DNA of 64,000 nt, from NCBI RefSeq assembly GCF_003334785.1, contig NZ_QOWV01000008.1. The stretch is one strand, 5' to 3'. The notes under the pieces are model-generated. The model worked only from the letters and a program-made list of their open reading frames with translations. It did no database searches and was not told where the DNA came from. Positions 1 through 11,454 of this stretch are shown one piece after another (the first letter of the stretch is position 1; the number at the start of each line of letters is the position of its first letter). This stretch comes from Escherichia coli. GTDB taxonomy: Bacteria; Pseudomonadota; Gammaproteobacteria; Enterobacterales; Enterobacteriaceae. Position numbers and translations under genes: made by a program.

Positions 1-24
1 AAAGCGGCGAATATCGATATTTAA
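1..24 (+). CDS. gyrB: DNA gyrase subunit B, 3' end (partial, continues upstream of window)
   Basis: In-frame codons K-A-A-N-I-D-I-stop at window start; position upstream of yidB matches K-12 synteny. Confidence 0.5.
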   Translation, partial: KAANIDI

Positions 25-45
25 TGGCGCTAACCATGCGAGCGT

Positions 46-144
46 GCCTGATGCGCTACGCTTATCAGGCCTACGAAAATCTTGCAATGTATTGAATTTT
101 CATGATTTTGTAGGCCGGATAAGGCGTTCACGCCGCATCCGGCA
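46..144. repeat. REP/BIME-type extragenic palindromic units (two inverted copies)
   Basis: gcctgatgcgctacgcttatcaggcctac and gtaggccggataaggcgttcacgccgcatccggca motifs. Confidence 0.6.
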
Positions 145-156
145 AGAAGCTATAAG

Positions 157-189
157 AAAAGGGCGGAGATCATCTCCGCCCTTTTTATT
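157..189 (+). terminator. Rho-independent terminator downstream of gyrB
   Basis: GC hairpin gggcggag..ctccgccc followed by T-run. Confidence 0.6.
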
Positions 190-263
190 TCTGCAATCCG
201 CAATTATCATCCCGCAAATCTATACTTTTTGGGTCAACACGTAACGCTTTACAGGTGATTATC

Positions 264-662
264 ATGGGGCTTTTTGATGAAGTTGTCGGTGCCTTTCTGA
301 AAGGCGATGCGGGGAAATATCAGGCTATTTTAAGTTGGGTTGAGGAGCAGGGCGGCATTCAGGTGCTGCTGGAAAAACTGCAAAGTGGCGGCTTAGGGGC
401 CATTCTCTCAACCTGGCTGAGTAATCAACAGGGCAATCAATCGGTTAGTGGCGAGCAACTGGAATCGGCGCTCGGCACAAATGCGGTGTCCGATCTCGGG
501 CAAAAACTTGGCGTGGATACCAGTACAGCTTCCATTTTACTGGCAGAACAATTGCCGAAGATTATTGATGCGCTCTCACCGCAAGGTGAAGTGTCACCAC
601 AAGCCAATAACGATCTGCTTTCCGCAGGCATGGAACTGCTGAAAGGGAAACTCTTCCGCTAA
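264..662 (+). CDS. yidB: DUF937 family protein YidB
   Basis: ORF 255..662; ATG at 264 gives the 132-aa MGLFDEVVGAFLKG... product. Confidence 0.85.
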   Translation: MGLFDEVVGAFLKGDAGKYQAILSWVEEQGGIQVLLEKLQSGGLGAILSTWLSNQQGNQSVSGEQLESALGTNAVSDLGQKLGVDTSTASILLAEQLPKIIDALSPQGEVSPQANNDLLSAGMELLKGKLFR

Positions 663-776
663 GCAAAAAGGGAGCACGCAACGCGCGTTGCATCCCCCTT
701 TTCCCTCGGGTGTTGTACTGATTTTTGAGCGGAATCGCGTTAGCATGGGTCAGGAACCAATCTACCTGGGGAACTC

Positions 777-1589
777 ATGGCTATTAAACTCATTGCTATC
801 GATATGGATGGCACCCTTCTGCTGCCCGATCACACCATTTCACCCGCCGTTAAAAATGCGATTGCCGCAGCTCGCGCCCGTGGCGTGAATGTCGTGCTAA
901 CGACGGGTCGCCCGTATGCAGGTGTGCACAACTACCTGAAAGAGCTGCATATGGAACAGCCGGGCGACTACTGCATTACTTATAACGGCGCGCTGGTACA
1001 GAAGGCCGCTGATGGTAGCACCGTGGCGCAAACTGCTCTCAGCTATGACGACTATCGTTTCCTGGAAAAACTCTCTCGCGAAGTCGGTTCTCATTTCCAC
1101 GCCCTGGACCGCACCACGCTGTACACCGCCAACCGTGATATCAGCTACTACACGGTGCATGAATCCTTCGTTGCCACCATTCCGCTGGTGTTCTGCGAAG
1201 CGGAGAAAATGGACCCCAATACCCAGTTCCTGAAAGTGATGATGATTGATGAACCCGCCATCCTCGACCAGGCTATCGCGCGTATTCCGCAGGAAGTGAA
1301 AGAGAAATATACCGTGCTGAAAAGTGCGCCGTACTTCCTCGAAATCCTCGATAAACGCGTTAACAAAGGTACGGGGGTGAAATCACTGGCCGACGTGTTA
1401 GGTATTAAACCGGAAGAAATCATGGCGATTGGCGATCAGGAAAACGATATCGCAATGATTGAATATGCAGGCGTCGGTGTGGCGATGGATAACGCTATTC
1501 CTTCAGTGAAAGAAGTGGCGAACTTTGTCACCAAATCTAACCTTGAAGATGGCGTGGCGTTTGCTATTGAGAAGTATGTGCTGAATTAA
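777..1589 (+). CDS. yidA: HAD-superfamily (Cof-type) sugar phosphatase YidA
   Basis: 270-aa ORF with IAIDMDGTLL HAD motif I and C-terminal GDxxND motif. Confidence 0.9.
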   Translation: MAIKLIAIDMDGTLLLPDHTISPAVKNAIAAARARGVNVVLTTGRPYAGVHNYLKELHMEQPGDYCITYNGALVQKAADGSTVAQTALSYDDYRFLEKLSREVGSHFHALDRTTLYTANRDISYYTVHESFVATIPLVFCEAEKMDPNTQFLKVMMIDEPAILDQAIARIPQEVKEKYTVLKSAPYFLEILDKRVNKGTGVKSLADVLGIKPEEIMAIGDQENDIAMIEYAGVGVAMDNAIPSVKEVANFVTKSNLEDGVAFAIEKYVLN

Positions 1590-1594
1590 TCTGT

Positions 1595-1627
1595 GGGCGG
1601 GCAAACAGCATAAACGCGTTTGCCCGC
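1595..1627. terminator. Bidirectional hairpin between convergent yidA and yidX
   Basis: gggcgggcaaac..gtttgcccgc inverted repeat. Confidence 0.5.
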
Positions 1628-1634
1628 TTACTGA

Positions 1635-2291
1635 TTATTGGTTTACTGCATATACAACCAGAAATTGCAGCGGTGCAGTAATGATGTCCAGCGTAACAGT
1701 CACTGGCAGTAATGCTGCGGAAACACCATCCGGAATGCCTCTGGGTGAATAGTATTCATAAAATCGCACTTTAAATGGATGGTAGAACGCCATCACCTTT
1801 GAGTAATCCATGTTTTTATTTTTCTCATGGATTGTGCCTTTTAGGTTTTCCAGTGACCTGGTACAGTGTTGAACACCACAGGCAAAACCATAATGCGTTG
1901 CCAGTGCCTTTTCTTCTTCGTTATTCCAGTAGTAGTAAAGCGATATTGTGCCGGTAAATTTCTTTTTCCCCGCATTTAAAACAAATCTTGCGTCATCGGC
2001 AACCTGAATATTGTGCCGGTTAAGTGCTGGATCATTGAGCATCTTAACGATGTCATCGGCACCATCAGTGATAAGGTAATCCAGCGATTCCCCTACAAAA
2101 ACATAGCCTTTTGTTCCATTACTATCTTTTGCCTGCGATAGCCCAGTGATGGTGTCTGACTGCGATTGATACTTTCCTGAACTACCCTTTGCGGTATGGG
2201 AAACCAGAGCATACGAGATACAGCCTGAAAGCATCAGCGCCAGTGGGAATAAACCGGCAACCTTAAAAAATCCCTTAAAATTCAACTTCAT
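1635..2291 (-). CDS. yidX: Putative lipoprotein YidX
   Basis: ORF 1635..2408; internal Met MKLNFKGFF... followed by lipobox-like LSGC. Confidence 0.75.
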   Translation of the reverse strand: MKLNFKGFFKVAGLFPLALMLSGCISYALVSHTAKGSSGKYQSQSDTITGLSQAKDSNGTKGYVFVGESLDYLITDGADDIVKMLNDPALNRHNIQVADDARFVLNAGKKKFTGTISLYYYWNNEEEKALATHYGFACGVQHCTRSLENLKGTIHEKNKNMDYSKVMAFYHPFKVRFYEYYSPRGIPDGVSAALLPVTVTLDIITAPLQFLVVYAVNQ

Positions 2292-2568
2292 GATTAATCC
2301 TTTAAACGAGTAGCTAAGCCGTTGAAAGCATACTCTTCTTTCCCTCCTGTTTAGCGCCTGATATCCCTTTTCAGATTTCTGCCCGACGCATGTCATTTTT
2401 TTATGCATTGTTCTTTTTGTGATCTAAATTGTAGTACAACAATATAAGTTTGTACTACATTACACGCACGGCAAACGCGAACGTCATCACGCTGGTACTA
2501 CAAAGTTGCCGCGTTATGCATCGATCGGGGTAAAGTAGAGAAGAACATACAGAGCACAAGGACTCTCC

Positions 2569-3258
2569 ATGACTCTCAATAAAACCGATCGCATTGTCAT
2601 TACGCTGGGTAAACAGATCGTTCACGGCAAATACGTGCCAGGCTCGCCGCTTCCGGCTGAGGCGGAACTCTGTGAGGAGTTTGCAACCTCGCGCAACATC
2701 ATCCGTGAGGTGTTCCGTTCGCTGATGGCGAAGCGGCTGATTGAAATGAAACGTTATCGCGGGGCGTTTGTGGCACCGCGTAACCAGTGGAATTACCTCG
2801 ACACTGACGTACTGCAATGGGTGCTGGAAAATGACTACGACCCACGGCTTATCAGTGCCATGAGCGAAGTGCGAAATCTGGTGGAACCGGCGATTGCCCG
2901 TTGGGCAGCAGAGCGCGCGACTTCCAGCGATCTGGCGCAGATTGAATCGGCGCTGAACGAGATGATTGCCAACAATCAGGACCGCGAAGCGTTTAACGAA
3001 GCGGATATTCGCTACCACGAGGCGGTGCTGCAGTCGGTGCATAACCCGGTGTTACAGCAACTTAGCATTGCGATCAGTTCGCTGCAGCGGGCGGTTTTTG
3101 AACGAACCTGGATGGGCGATGAGGCCAACATGCCGCAAACGCTCCAGGAACATAAGGCGCTGTTCGATGCGATACGACATCAGGACGGCGATGCGGCAGA
3201 GCAGGCGGCGCTTACCATGATCGCCAGCTCGACACGAAGGTTAAAGGAAATCACATGA
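2569..3258 (+). CDS. dgoR: GntR-family galactonate operon repressor DgoR
   Basis: 229-aa ORF with N-terminal GntR-type HTH region, immediately upstream of dgoKAD. Confidence 0.9.
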   Translation: MTLNKTDRIVITLGKQIVHGKYVPGSPLPAEAELCEEFATSRNIIREVFRSLMAKRLIEMKRYRGAFVAPRNQWNYLDTDVLQWVLENDYDPRLISAMSEVRNLVEPAIARWAAERATSSDLAQIESALNEMIANNQDREAFNEADIRYHEAVLQSVHNPVLQQLSIAISSLQRAVFERTWMGDEANMPQTLQEHKALFDAIRHQDGDAAEQAALTMIASSTRRLKEIT

Positions 3259-4132
3259 CAGCTCGCTACATCGCAATTGACTGGGGATCGACCAATCTGC
3301 GCGCCTGGCTTTATCAGGGCGACCACTGCCTGGAGAGCAGGCAATCAGAAGCAGGCGTCACGCGCCTGAACGGAAAATCTCCGGCTGCGGTGTTAGCAGA
3401 AGTCACGACCGACTGGCGTGAAGAGAAAACGCCAGTGGTAATGGCAGGAATGGTTGGCAGCAACGTCGGCTGGAAAGTTGCACCGTATTTATCTGTTCCT
3501 GCCTGTTTTTCGTCTATTGGCGAACAATTAACGTCAGTTGGCGACAATATCTGGATTATTCCCGGATTATGTGTCTCTCATGACGATACCACAATGTGAT
3601 GCGCGGCGAAGAAACACAATTGATCGGCGCGCGAGCTCTGGCTCCTTCCTCTCTTTATGTCATGCCCGGAACCCATTGCAAATGGGTGCAGGCCGATAGC
3701 CAGCAAATCAACGATTTTCGCACCGTGATGACCGGTGAATTACATCATTTACTGTTAAATCACTCATTGATTGGCGCAGGTTTGCCGCCGCAGGAAAACT
3801 CTGCCGATGCCTTCACAGCTGGCCTTGAGCGTGGTCTTAATACGCCCGCCATATTGCCGCAGCTTTTTGAAGTTCGCGCCTCGCATGTGCTGGGAACACT
3901 TCCCCGCGAACAGGTCAGCGAATTTCTCTCTGGTTTGTTGATTGGCGCAGAGGTCGCCAGTATGCGCGACTATGTGGCCCATCAACACGCCATCACCCTT
4001 GTCGCCGGAACATCGCTGACCGCGCGCTACCAGCAAGCCTTTCAGGCGATGGGTTGCGACGTGACGGCGGTGGCGGGCGACACGGCATTTCAGGCTGGTA
4101 TAAGGAGCATCGCTCATGCAGTGGCAAACTAA
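3255..4132 (+). pseudogene. dgoK: 2-dehydro-3-deoxygalactonokinase DgoK, split by an apparent 1-nt frameshift near 3588..3599
   Basis: Two adjacent ORFs 3255..3599 (114 aa) and 3596..4132 (178 aa) in different frames; restoring one base gives a single 292-aa reading frame. Confidence 0.7.
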
Positions 4133-4733
4133 ACTCCCGCTGATCGCCATTTTGCGCGGTATTACGCCCGACGAGGCGCTGGCGCATGTTGGCGCGGTGA
4201 TTGACGCCGGGTTCGACGCGGTTGAAATCCCGCTGAATTCCCCACAATGGGAGCAAAGCATTCCCGCCATCGTTGATGCGTACGGCGACAAGGCGTTGAT
4301 TGGCGCAGGTACGGTACTGAAACCTGAACAGGTCGATGCGCTCGCCAGGATGAGCTGTCAGCTCATCGTTACGCCCAATATCCATAGTGAAGTGATCCGC
4401 CGTGCGGTGGGCTACGGCATGACCGTCTGCCCCGGCTGCGCGACGGCGACCGAAGCCTTTACCGCGCTCGAAGCGGGCGCGCAGGCGCTGAAAATATTTC
4501 CGTCATCGGCTTTTGGTCCGCAATACATCAAAGCGTTAAAAGCGGTATTGCCATCGGACATCGCAGTCTTTGCCGTTGGCGGCGTGACGCCAGAAAACCT
4601 GGCGCAGTGGATAGACGCAGGTTGTGCAGGGGCGGGCTTAGGCAGCGATCTCTATCGCGCCGGGCAATCCGTAGAGCGCACCGCGCAGCAGGCAGCAGCA
4701 TTTGTTAAGGCGTATCGAGAGGCAGTGCAATGA
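4116..4733 (+). CDS. dgoA: 2-dehydro-3-deoxy-6-phosphogalactonate aldolase
   Basis: 205-aa ORF overlapping dgoK end and dgoD start; KDPG-aldolase-like. Confidence 0.9.
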
Positions 4734-5878
4734 AAATCACCAAAATTACCACGTATCGTTTACCTCCCCGCTGGATGTTCCTGAAAATTGAAACCGATGA
4801 AGGCGTGGTCGGTTGGGGCGAGCCCGTGATCGAAGGCCGCGCCCGTACGGTGGAAGCGGCAGTTCACGAGCTGGGTGACTATTTGATTGGTCAGGATCCA
4901 TCGCGCATCAATGACTTATGGCAAGTGATGTATCGCGCCGGATTCTATCGCGGCGGTCCGATCCTGATGAGCGCCATCGCCGGGATTGACCAGGCGTTAT
5001 GGGATATCAAAGGTAAAGTGCTGAATGCGCCGGTCTGGCAACTGATGGGCGGCCTGGTTCGCGACAAAATTAAAGCCTACAGTTGGGTTGGCGGCGATCG
5101 TCCGGCGGATGTTATCGACGGCATTAAAACGCTACGCGAAATCGGCTTCGATACCTTCAAACTGAACGGTTGTGAAGAACTGGGGCTAATTGATAACTCC
5201 CGCGCGGTAGATGCGGCGGTTAACACCGTGGCACAAATTCGTGAAGCTTTTGGCAATCAGATTGAGTTTGGTCTTGATTTCCACGGTCGCGTCAGCGCGC
5301 CGATGGCGAAAGTGCTGATTAAAGAACTGGAGCCGTATCGCCCGCTGTTTATTGAGGAGCCGGTGCTGGCGGAACAAGCCGAATACTACCCGAAACTGGC
5401 GGCACAAACGCATATTCCACTGGCGGCGGGTGAACGCATGTTCTCACGCTTCGATTTTAAACGCGTGCTGGAGGCAGGTGGTATTTCGATTCTGCAACCG
5501 GATCTCTCCCACGCGGGCGGTATTACCGAATGCTACAAAATCGCCGGAATGGCAGAAGCCTATGACGTGACCCTTGCGCCGCACTGTCCGCTCGGACCGA
5601 TTGCACTGGCGGCTTGCCTGCATATCGACTTTGTTTCCTATAACGCCGTACTTCAGGAACAAAGTATGGGAATTCATTACAACAAAGGCGCGGAGTTACT
5701 CGACTTTGTGAAAAACAAAGAAGACTTCAGCATGGTCGGCGGCTTCTTTAAACCGTTAACGAAACCGGGCTTAGGCGTGGAAATCGACGAAGCTAAAGTG
5801 ATTGAGTTCAGTAAAAATGCCCCGGACTGGCGTAATCCGCTCTGGCGTCATGAAGATAACAGCGTAGCAGAGTGGTAA
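4730..5878 (+). CDS. dgoD: D-galactonate dehydratase (enolase superfamily)
   Basis: 382-aa [35 protein letters not shown]... Confidence 0.9.
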
Positions 5879-5997
5879 TTCCTGCCACGTAAGCCCCTCA
5901 TCGGGCACTAAAACAGCAATACAAAAATATAACCCTCTGTAAATTACAGGGCATGGTGAGCGGCTTCGCTATGCCCAAAATCTGGAGAAAGCTCGCT

Positions 5998-7290
5998 ATG
6001 GATATTCCCGTTAATGCAGCAAAGCCGGGGCGTCGGCGTTATCTGACGCTGGTGATGATCTTTATTACGGTAGTCATTTGTTATGTCGACCGCGCCAACC
6101 TGGCCGTGGCTTCCGCCCATATTCAGGAAGAGTTCGGCATTACCAAAGCGGAAATGGGCTATGTATTTTCGGCCTTCGCCTGGCTTTATACGCTATGTCA
6201 GATCCCCGGCGGTTGGTTTTTAGATCGCGTAGGTTCTCGCGTGACTTATTTTATTGCGATATTTGGCTGGTCAGTGGCGACTTTATTCCAGGGCTTTGCC
6301 ACGGGCTTAATGTCATTAATTGGTCTGCGCGCGATAACCGGTATTTTCGAAGCGCCTGCTTTCCCGACCAATAACCGGATGGTGACCAGCTGGTTCCCGG
6401 AACATGAACGCGCTTCTGCCGTTGGTTTTTATACGTCTGGTCAGTTTGTCGGTCTGGCGTTTCTGACGCCGCTGCTGATCTGGATTCAGGAGATGTTGAG
6501 CTGGCACTGGGTGTTCATTGTCACTGGTGGTATCGGCATTATCTGGTCGCTGATTTGGTTTAAGGTTTATCAGCCGCCGCGCCTGACCAAAGGTATCAGC
6601 AAAGCTGAACTGGATTACATTCGTGATGGCGGCGGTCTGGTGGATGGTGATGCGCCGGTGAAGAAAGAGGCGCGTCAGCCGTTAACAGCCAAAGACTGGA
6701 AACTGGTGTTCCATCGTAAACTGATCGGCGTTTATCTTGGGCAATTTGCGGTGGCTTCTACACTGTGGTTTTTCTTAACCTGGTTCCCGAACTATTTAAC
6801 CCAGGAAAAAGGAATCACGGCGCTGAAAGCAGGCTTTATGACCACGGTGCCATTCCTCGCGGCGTTTGTCGGCGTCCTGCTCTCTGGCTGGGTAGCGGAT
6901 CTGCTGGTACGTAAGGGCTTTTCACTGGGCTTTGCGCGTAAAACGCCGATTATCTGCGGCTTGCTGATCTCCACCTGCATTATGGGCGCTAACTACACTA
7001 ACGATCCGATGATGATTATGTGCCTGATGGCGCTGGCATTCTTCGGTAACGGTTTTGCTTCGATTACCTGGTCGCTGGTTTCTTCTCTGGCACCGATGCG
7101 CCTGATTGGTTTAACCGGCGGCGTGTTTAACTTCGCCGGTGGTCTGGGCGGCATCACCGTTCCGCTGGTGGTGGGGTACCTGGCGCAGGGTTACGGTTTC
7201 GCACCTGCACTGGTTTATATCTCCGCCGTCGCGTTGATTGGCGCGCTCTCTTATATCCTGCTGGTGGGCGATGTGAAGCGCGTTGGCTAA
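5998..7290 (+). CDS. dgoT: D-galactonate:H+ symporter (MFS)
   Basis: ORF 5953..7290; ATG at 5998 gives 430-aa [18 protein letters not shown]... membrane protein. Confidence 0.85.
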
Positions 7291-8351
7291 TCCTTCAACT
7301 GTGGAATATGTGCCACACCACTGCGCATAATCCACTTTCTTAAAGCCGGTGCGGTCAGGCATCGGCTTTTTACTATCTTGCCGAAGAGTTTTAAACGCAG
7401 TTTGCGGGTGGCGCGCCAGTAAGCGGTATTGAGCTTCTCTGGCTGCTTCAGTAACACCGAACGCAGAATGTCTGTGCTATCCAGCGCATAGCTAATCCCC
7501 TCCAGCGAGCTGGCGCTGATAAATCCCGCCGCTTCACCAATCAGAAAGGCGTTGTCCTTACCGCAGACAAAATCCTGCCAGCGCGAGGGAAACAGCACCG
7601 TGCATTTTTCGCTTTTCACCGTCTTACCAAACTGGAACTGAAAGGCGCTCATTTTCTCTTTCAGCGTCGTGAAACGCGTCTGACCGTCTTTCATTGGATA
7701 GGCACCGCCAAAGATAAAATAACCGTCTTTGCTGATACTCCATGAATAACAGTTAGTTATCGAATTATCAAAGATGCAGGAGTAGAACGGCACCGGATGT
7801 TTCTCCGCGAACCACTGCTGGATAGCGACATATTTACGGATTTGATGATCCGGGTAGAGATGTCGCCGCACCATCGAGTTTGCGCCATCGGCACCGACCA
7901 GATAGCGGGCGGTAATATGTTGCTCCCAGCCGTCTGCACGAAAAATGACATGCCATTTATCATCCTCACGCCAGATTTTTCGGCACAGGCTGTCGTGATA
8001 AACCTCAACGCTGGCGGGGATCAGCGATTTCATCCACAAGTCGAAAGCATGGCGATTAATATTGATATAGCTTCGCTGGTAGTTACGCGTGAGCGATGCG
8101 GCGACGTCGACGGTTTTGACGCTGAAAATCTGCGGATTAGCGATCACATCGACAGGAAGCGTCAGCCCATCGCGAATAAAAGATCGCTGCGCGTCCGGTG
8201 CCAGCAGACCGCCGCAGGGTTTGCTGAAACCTTCAGTACCACACTGGTGCTTTTTATCCAGCGCGATCACCTGCATTTTGCCTGCTAACTTTCGTGCCAA
8301 CGCCGATCCTGCCGGGCCGAGGCCAATAATCGCCACGTCGAAATGTTCCAT
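7287..8351 (-). CDS. cbrA: FAD-dependent oxidoreductase CbrA (colicin E2 tolerance)
   Basis: ORF 7287..8372; internal start [17 protein letters not shown] with GxGxxG FAD-binding motif; 354 aa. Confidence 0.8.
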
Positions 8352-8418
8352 CTTTTCACTCACATTCATCACGATGGCAAAAGACTATTGTCTGAAAGTG
8401 AAGTCCTTGTGAAGTATG

Positions 8419-9666
8419 ATGGCGGGACCCGTTTTGTATCAGGACCGCGCCATGAAACAGATAACCTTTGCTCCCCGTAATCACCTGCTCACCAATACCA
8501 ATACCTGGACGCCCGACAGCCAGTGGCTGGTATTTGACGTGCGTCCTTCTGGCGCGTCGTTTACCGGCGAGACCATTGAGCGTGTGAATATCCATACCGG
8601 CGAGGTCGAGGTTATCTATCGCGCGTCACAGGGCGCACACGTCGGCGTGGTGACCGTTCATCCGAAGTCAGAGAAATATGTTTTCATCCACGGCCCGGAA
8701 AATCCTGATGAAACATGGCATTACGACTTCCATCATCGGCGCGGAGTGATTGTTGAAGGCGGCAAGATGAGTAACCTTGATGCGATGGATATTACCGCGC
8801 CGTATACGCCAGGAGTGCTGCGCGGCGGCAGCCATGTGCATGTCTTTAGCCCGAACGGTGAAAGGGTGAGCTTTACCTATAACGACCATGTAATGCATGA
8901 ACTCGATCCGGCGCTGGATTTGCGAAACGTCGGTGTTGCTGCGCCGTTTGGCCCGGTCAACGTACAAAAGCAGCATCCGCGTGAATACAGCGGTAGCCAC
9001 TGGTGCGTGCTGGTGAGCAAAACCACGCCCACGCCACAGCCTGGCAGTGATGAAATCAATCGTGCTTATGAAGAAGGATGGGTAGGAAATCACGCGCTGG
9101 CATTTATTGGCGACACACTTTCGCCAAAGGGCGAGAAAGTGCCGGAGCTGTTTATCGTTGAGTTACCGCAAGATGAAGCTGGCTGGAAAGCGGCAGGTGA
9201 TGCGCCGTTAAGCGGAACGGAAACAACCCTGCCCGCGCCACCGCGTGGCGTCGTGCAGCGACGTTTAACCTTTACCCACCATCGGGCTTATCCGGGGTTA
9301 GTCAACGTCCCGCGCCACTGGGTGCGCTGTAATCCGCAGGGTACACAAATCGCGTTTTTAATGCGAGATGATAACGGCATTGTGCAACTGTGGCTTATCT
9401 CGCCACAGGGCGGCGAGCCGCGCCAGTTAACCCATAACAAAACGGATATTCAGTCTGCATTTAACTGGCATCCGTCAGGAGAATGGTTGGGCTTTGTGCT
9501 GGATAATCGAATTGCTTGTGCCCATGCGCAAAGCGGCGAGGTTGAGTATTTAACCGAACACCACGCCAATTCACCTTCTGCGGACGCCGTGGTCTTCTCG
9601 CCGGATGGTCAGTGGCTGGCGTGGATGGAAGGCGGCCAGCTGTGGATCACCGAAACTGATCGCTAA
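8419..9666 (+). CDS. yidR: Uncharacterized protein YidR
   Basis: ORF 8416..9666; start codon choice between adjacent Met codons is uncertain. Confidence 0.75.
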   Translation: MAGPVLYQDRAMKQITFAPRNHLLTNTNTWTPDSQWLVFDVRPSGASFTGETIERVNIHTGEVEVIYRASQGAHVGVVTVHPKSEKYVFIHGPENPDETWHYDFHHRRGVIVEGGKMSNLDAMDITAPYTPGVLRGGSHVHVFSPNGERVSFTYNDHVMHELDPALDLRNVGVAAPFGPVNVQKQHPREYSGSHWCVLVSKTTPTPQPGSDEINRAYEEGWVGNHALAFIGDTLSPKGEKVPELFIVELPQDEAGWKAAGDAPLSGTETTLPAPPRGVVQRRLTFTHHRAYPGLVNVPRHWVRCNPQGTQIAFLMRDDNGIVQLWLISPQGGEPRQLTHNKTDIQSAFNWHPSGEWLGFVLDNRIACAHAQSGEVEYLTEHHANSPSADAVVFSPDGQWLAWMEGGQLWITETDR

Positions 9667-9667
9667 A

Positions 9668-10000
9668 TCAGTTATCAGGCATTCTGGCCGGTGGAATAAC
9701 CGCATTGGTGGCTTGCGCGTTGGCTTCGCTTTTTTCAACGCGCGAGCGCACCGAGCTGTCTTTGCGGAACACATCCCACGGCAGTAAAAGCGTGTCCATC
9801 ACAGCGGTAAACGGCATATCGAGAATCGCCAGCGACTTAGTGCCCCAGTTGGTTTCATCGTCGCCAATCATGGTTGCGCTGGCGCGGGTGCCGGGATACG
9901 TTCCTTCTTTCCCTCCGGTATGGGACATCACGCTGGAGCATCCTCCGAGTAATGTCATTCCGCTGCATATCATGAACGCTAACAACACATTTCTTATCAT
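9668..10000 (-). CDS. yidQ: Putative lipoprotein YidQ
   Basis: ORF 9668..10075; internal start MIRNVLLAFMICSGMTLLGGC with lipobox; 110 aa. Confidence 0.7.
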   Translation of the reverse strand: MIRNVLLAFMICSGMTLLGGCSSVMSHTGGKEGTYPGTRASATMIGDDETNWGTKSLAILDMPFTAVMDTLLLPWDVFRKDSSVRSRVEKSEANAQATNAVIPPARMPDN

Positions 10001-10174
10001 AATAAATTCATCTGTTGATCGTGGGTGTTGGCCTGATGAGTTATAGCGATCCCTTGCTGAAAATAACATCATCATTACGTCGCACTGTGGCGGCTATCGC
10101 ACTTTAACGTTTCGTGCTGCCCCCTCAGTCTATGCAATAGACCATAAACTGCAAAAAAAAGTCCGCTGATAAGG

Positions 10175-10204
10175 CTTGAAAAGTTCATTTCCAGACCCAT
10201 TTTT
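10175..10204 (+). promoter_or_regulatory. sigma32 heat-shock promoter of ibpAB
   Basis: -35 cttgaaa and -10 cccatttt with 14-nt spacer, about 100 nt upstream of ibpA. Confidence 0.6.
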
Positions 10205-10305
10205 ACATCGTAGCCGATGAGGACGCGCCTGATGGGTGTTCTGGCTACCTGACCTGTCCATTGTGGAAGGTCTTACATTCTCGCTGATTTCAGGAGCTAT
10301 TGATT

Positions 10306-10719
10306 ATGCGTAACTTTGATTTATCCCCGCTTTACCGTTCTGCTATTGGATTTGACCGTTTGTTTAACCACTTAGAAAACAACCAGAGCCAGAGTAATGG
10401 CGGCTACCCTCCGTATAACGTTGAACTGGTAGACGAAAACCATTACCGCATTGCTATCGCTGTGGCTGGTTTTGCTGAGAGCGAACTGGAAATTACCGCC
10501 CAGGATAATCTGCTGGTGGTGAAAGGTGCTCACGCCGACGAACAAAAAGAGCGCACCTATCTGTACCAGGGCATCGCTGAACGCAACTTTGAACGCAAAT
10601 TCCAGTTAGCTGAGAACATTCATGTTCGTGGTGCTAACCTGGTAAATGGTTTGCTGTATATCGATCTCGAACGCGTGATTCCGGAAGCGAAAAAACCGCG
10701 CCGTATCGAAATCAACTAA
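10306..10719 (+). CDS. ibpA: Small heat shock protein IbpA
   Basis: 137-aa alpha-crystallin-type s[22 protein letters not shown]... Confidence 0.95.
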
Positions 10720-10830
10720 TTCCCTAAGGCCGCCTGGCGCGGCCTGACATCTCCATGCTCGCCGTCAGGGAGCATATGCGAATCTTCGGATTTGCAGGTA
10801 CTTACTCGCTTCTTAGAAGGAGAAATGACT

Positions 10831-11259
10831 ATGCGTAACTTCGATTTATCCCCACTGATGCGTCAATGGATCGGTTTTGACAAACTGGCCAACGCACTGC
10901 AAAACGCCGGTGAAAGCCAGAGCTTCCCGCCGTACAACATTGAGAAAAGCGACGATAACCACTACCGCATTACCCTTGCGCTGGCAGGTTTCCGTCAGGA
11001 AGATTTAGAGATTCAACTGGAAGGTACGCGCCTGAGCGTAAAAGGCACGCCGGAGCAGCCAAAAGAAGAGAAAAAATGGCTGCATCAAGGGCTTATGAAT
11101 CAGCCATTTAGCCTGAGCTTTACGCTGGCTGAAAATATGGAAGTCTCTGGCGCAACCTTCGTAAACGGTTTACTGCATATTGATTTAATTCGTAATGAGC
11201 CTGAACCCATCGCAGCGCAGCGTATCGCTATCAGCGAACGTCCCGCGTTAAATAGCTAA
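10831..11259 (+). CDS. ibpB: Small heat shock protein IbpB
   Basis: 142-aa paralogue [19 protein letters not shown]... directly after ibpA. Confidence 0.95.
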
Positions 11260-11274
11260 CTAGCTATTCTCTTT

Positions 11275-11302
11275 GCCCCGCCATTCTGGTGGGGCTTTTT
11301 TT
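11275..11302 (+). terminator. Rho-independent terminator of ibpAB
   Basis: gccccgcca..tggtggggc hairpin followed by T8. Confidence 0.6.
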
Positions 11303-11454
11303 GTCTTACTTACTCAACAATGCGTTAAATTTCGACTGTTTAAGATATTTCGGCACGTTCTTTCCCGTGATAATGTGCGCTATAAGGCAAATCTGCTTCA
11401 CCGATTCAGCCATAATCCGTAGCAATTAAAATGTTATCTCAAGAGAAATGGACG

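Noticed and set aside
2455-3042. 195-aa antisense ORF inside dgoR, and similar long antisense or overlapping ORFs (e.g. 3764..4291, 14874..15368, 22371..22826, 27515..27967, 42780..43541, 43623..44114, 46638..47168, 61515..62018)
   Set aside because: Each lies opposite or out of frame within a well-supported gene and is Arg/Pro/Gly-rich in the way GC-rich antisense frames are; treated as non-coding.
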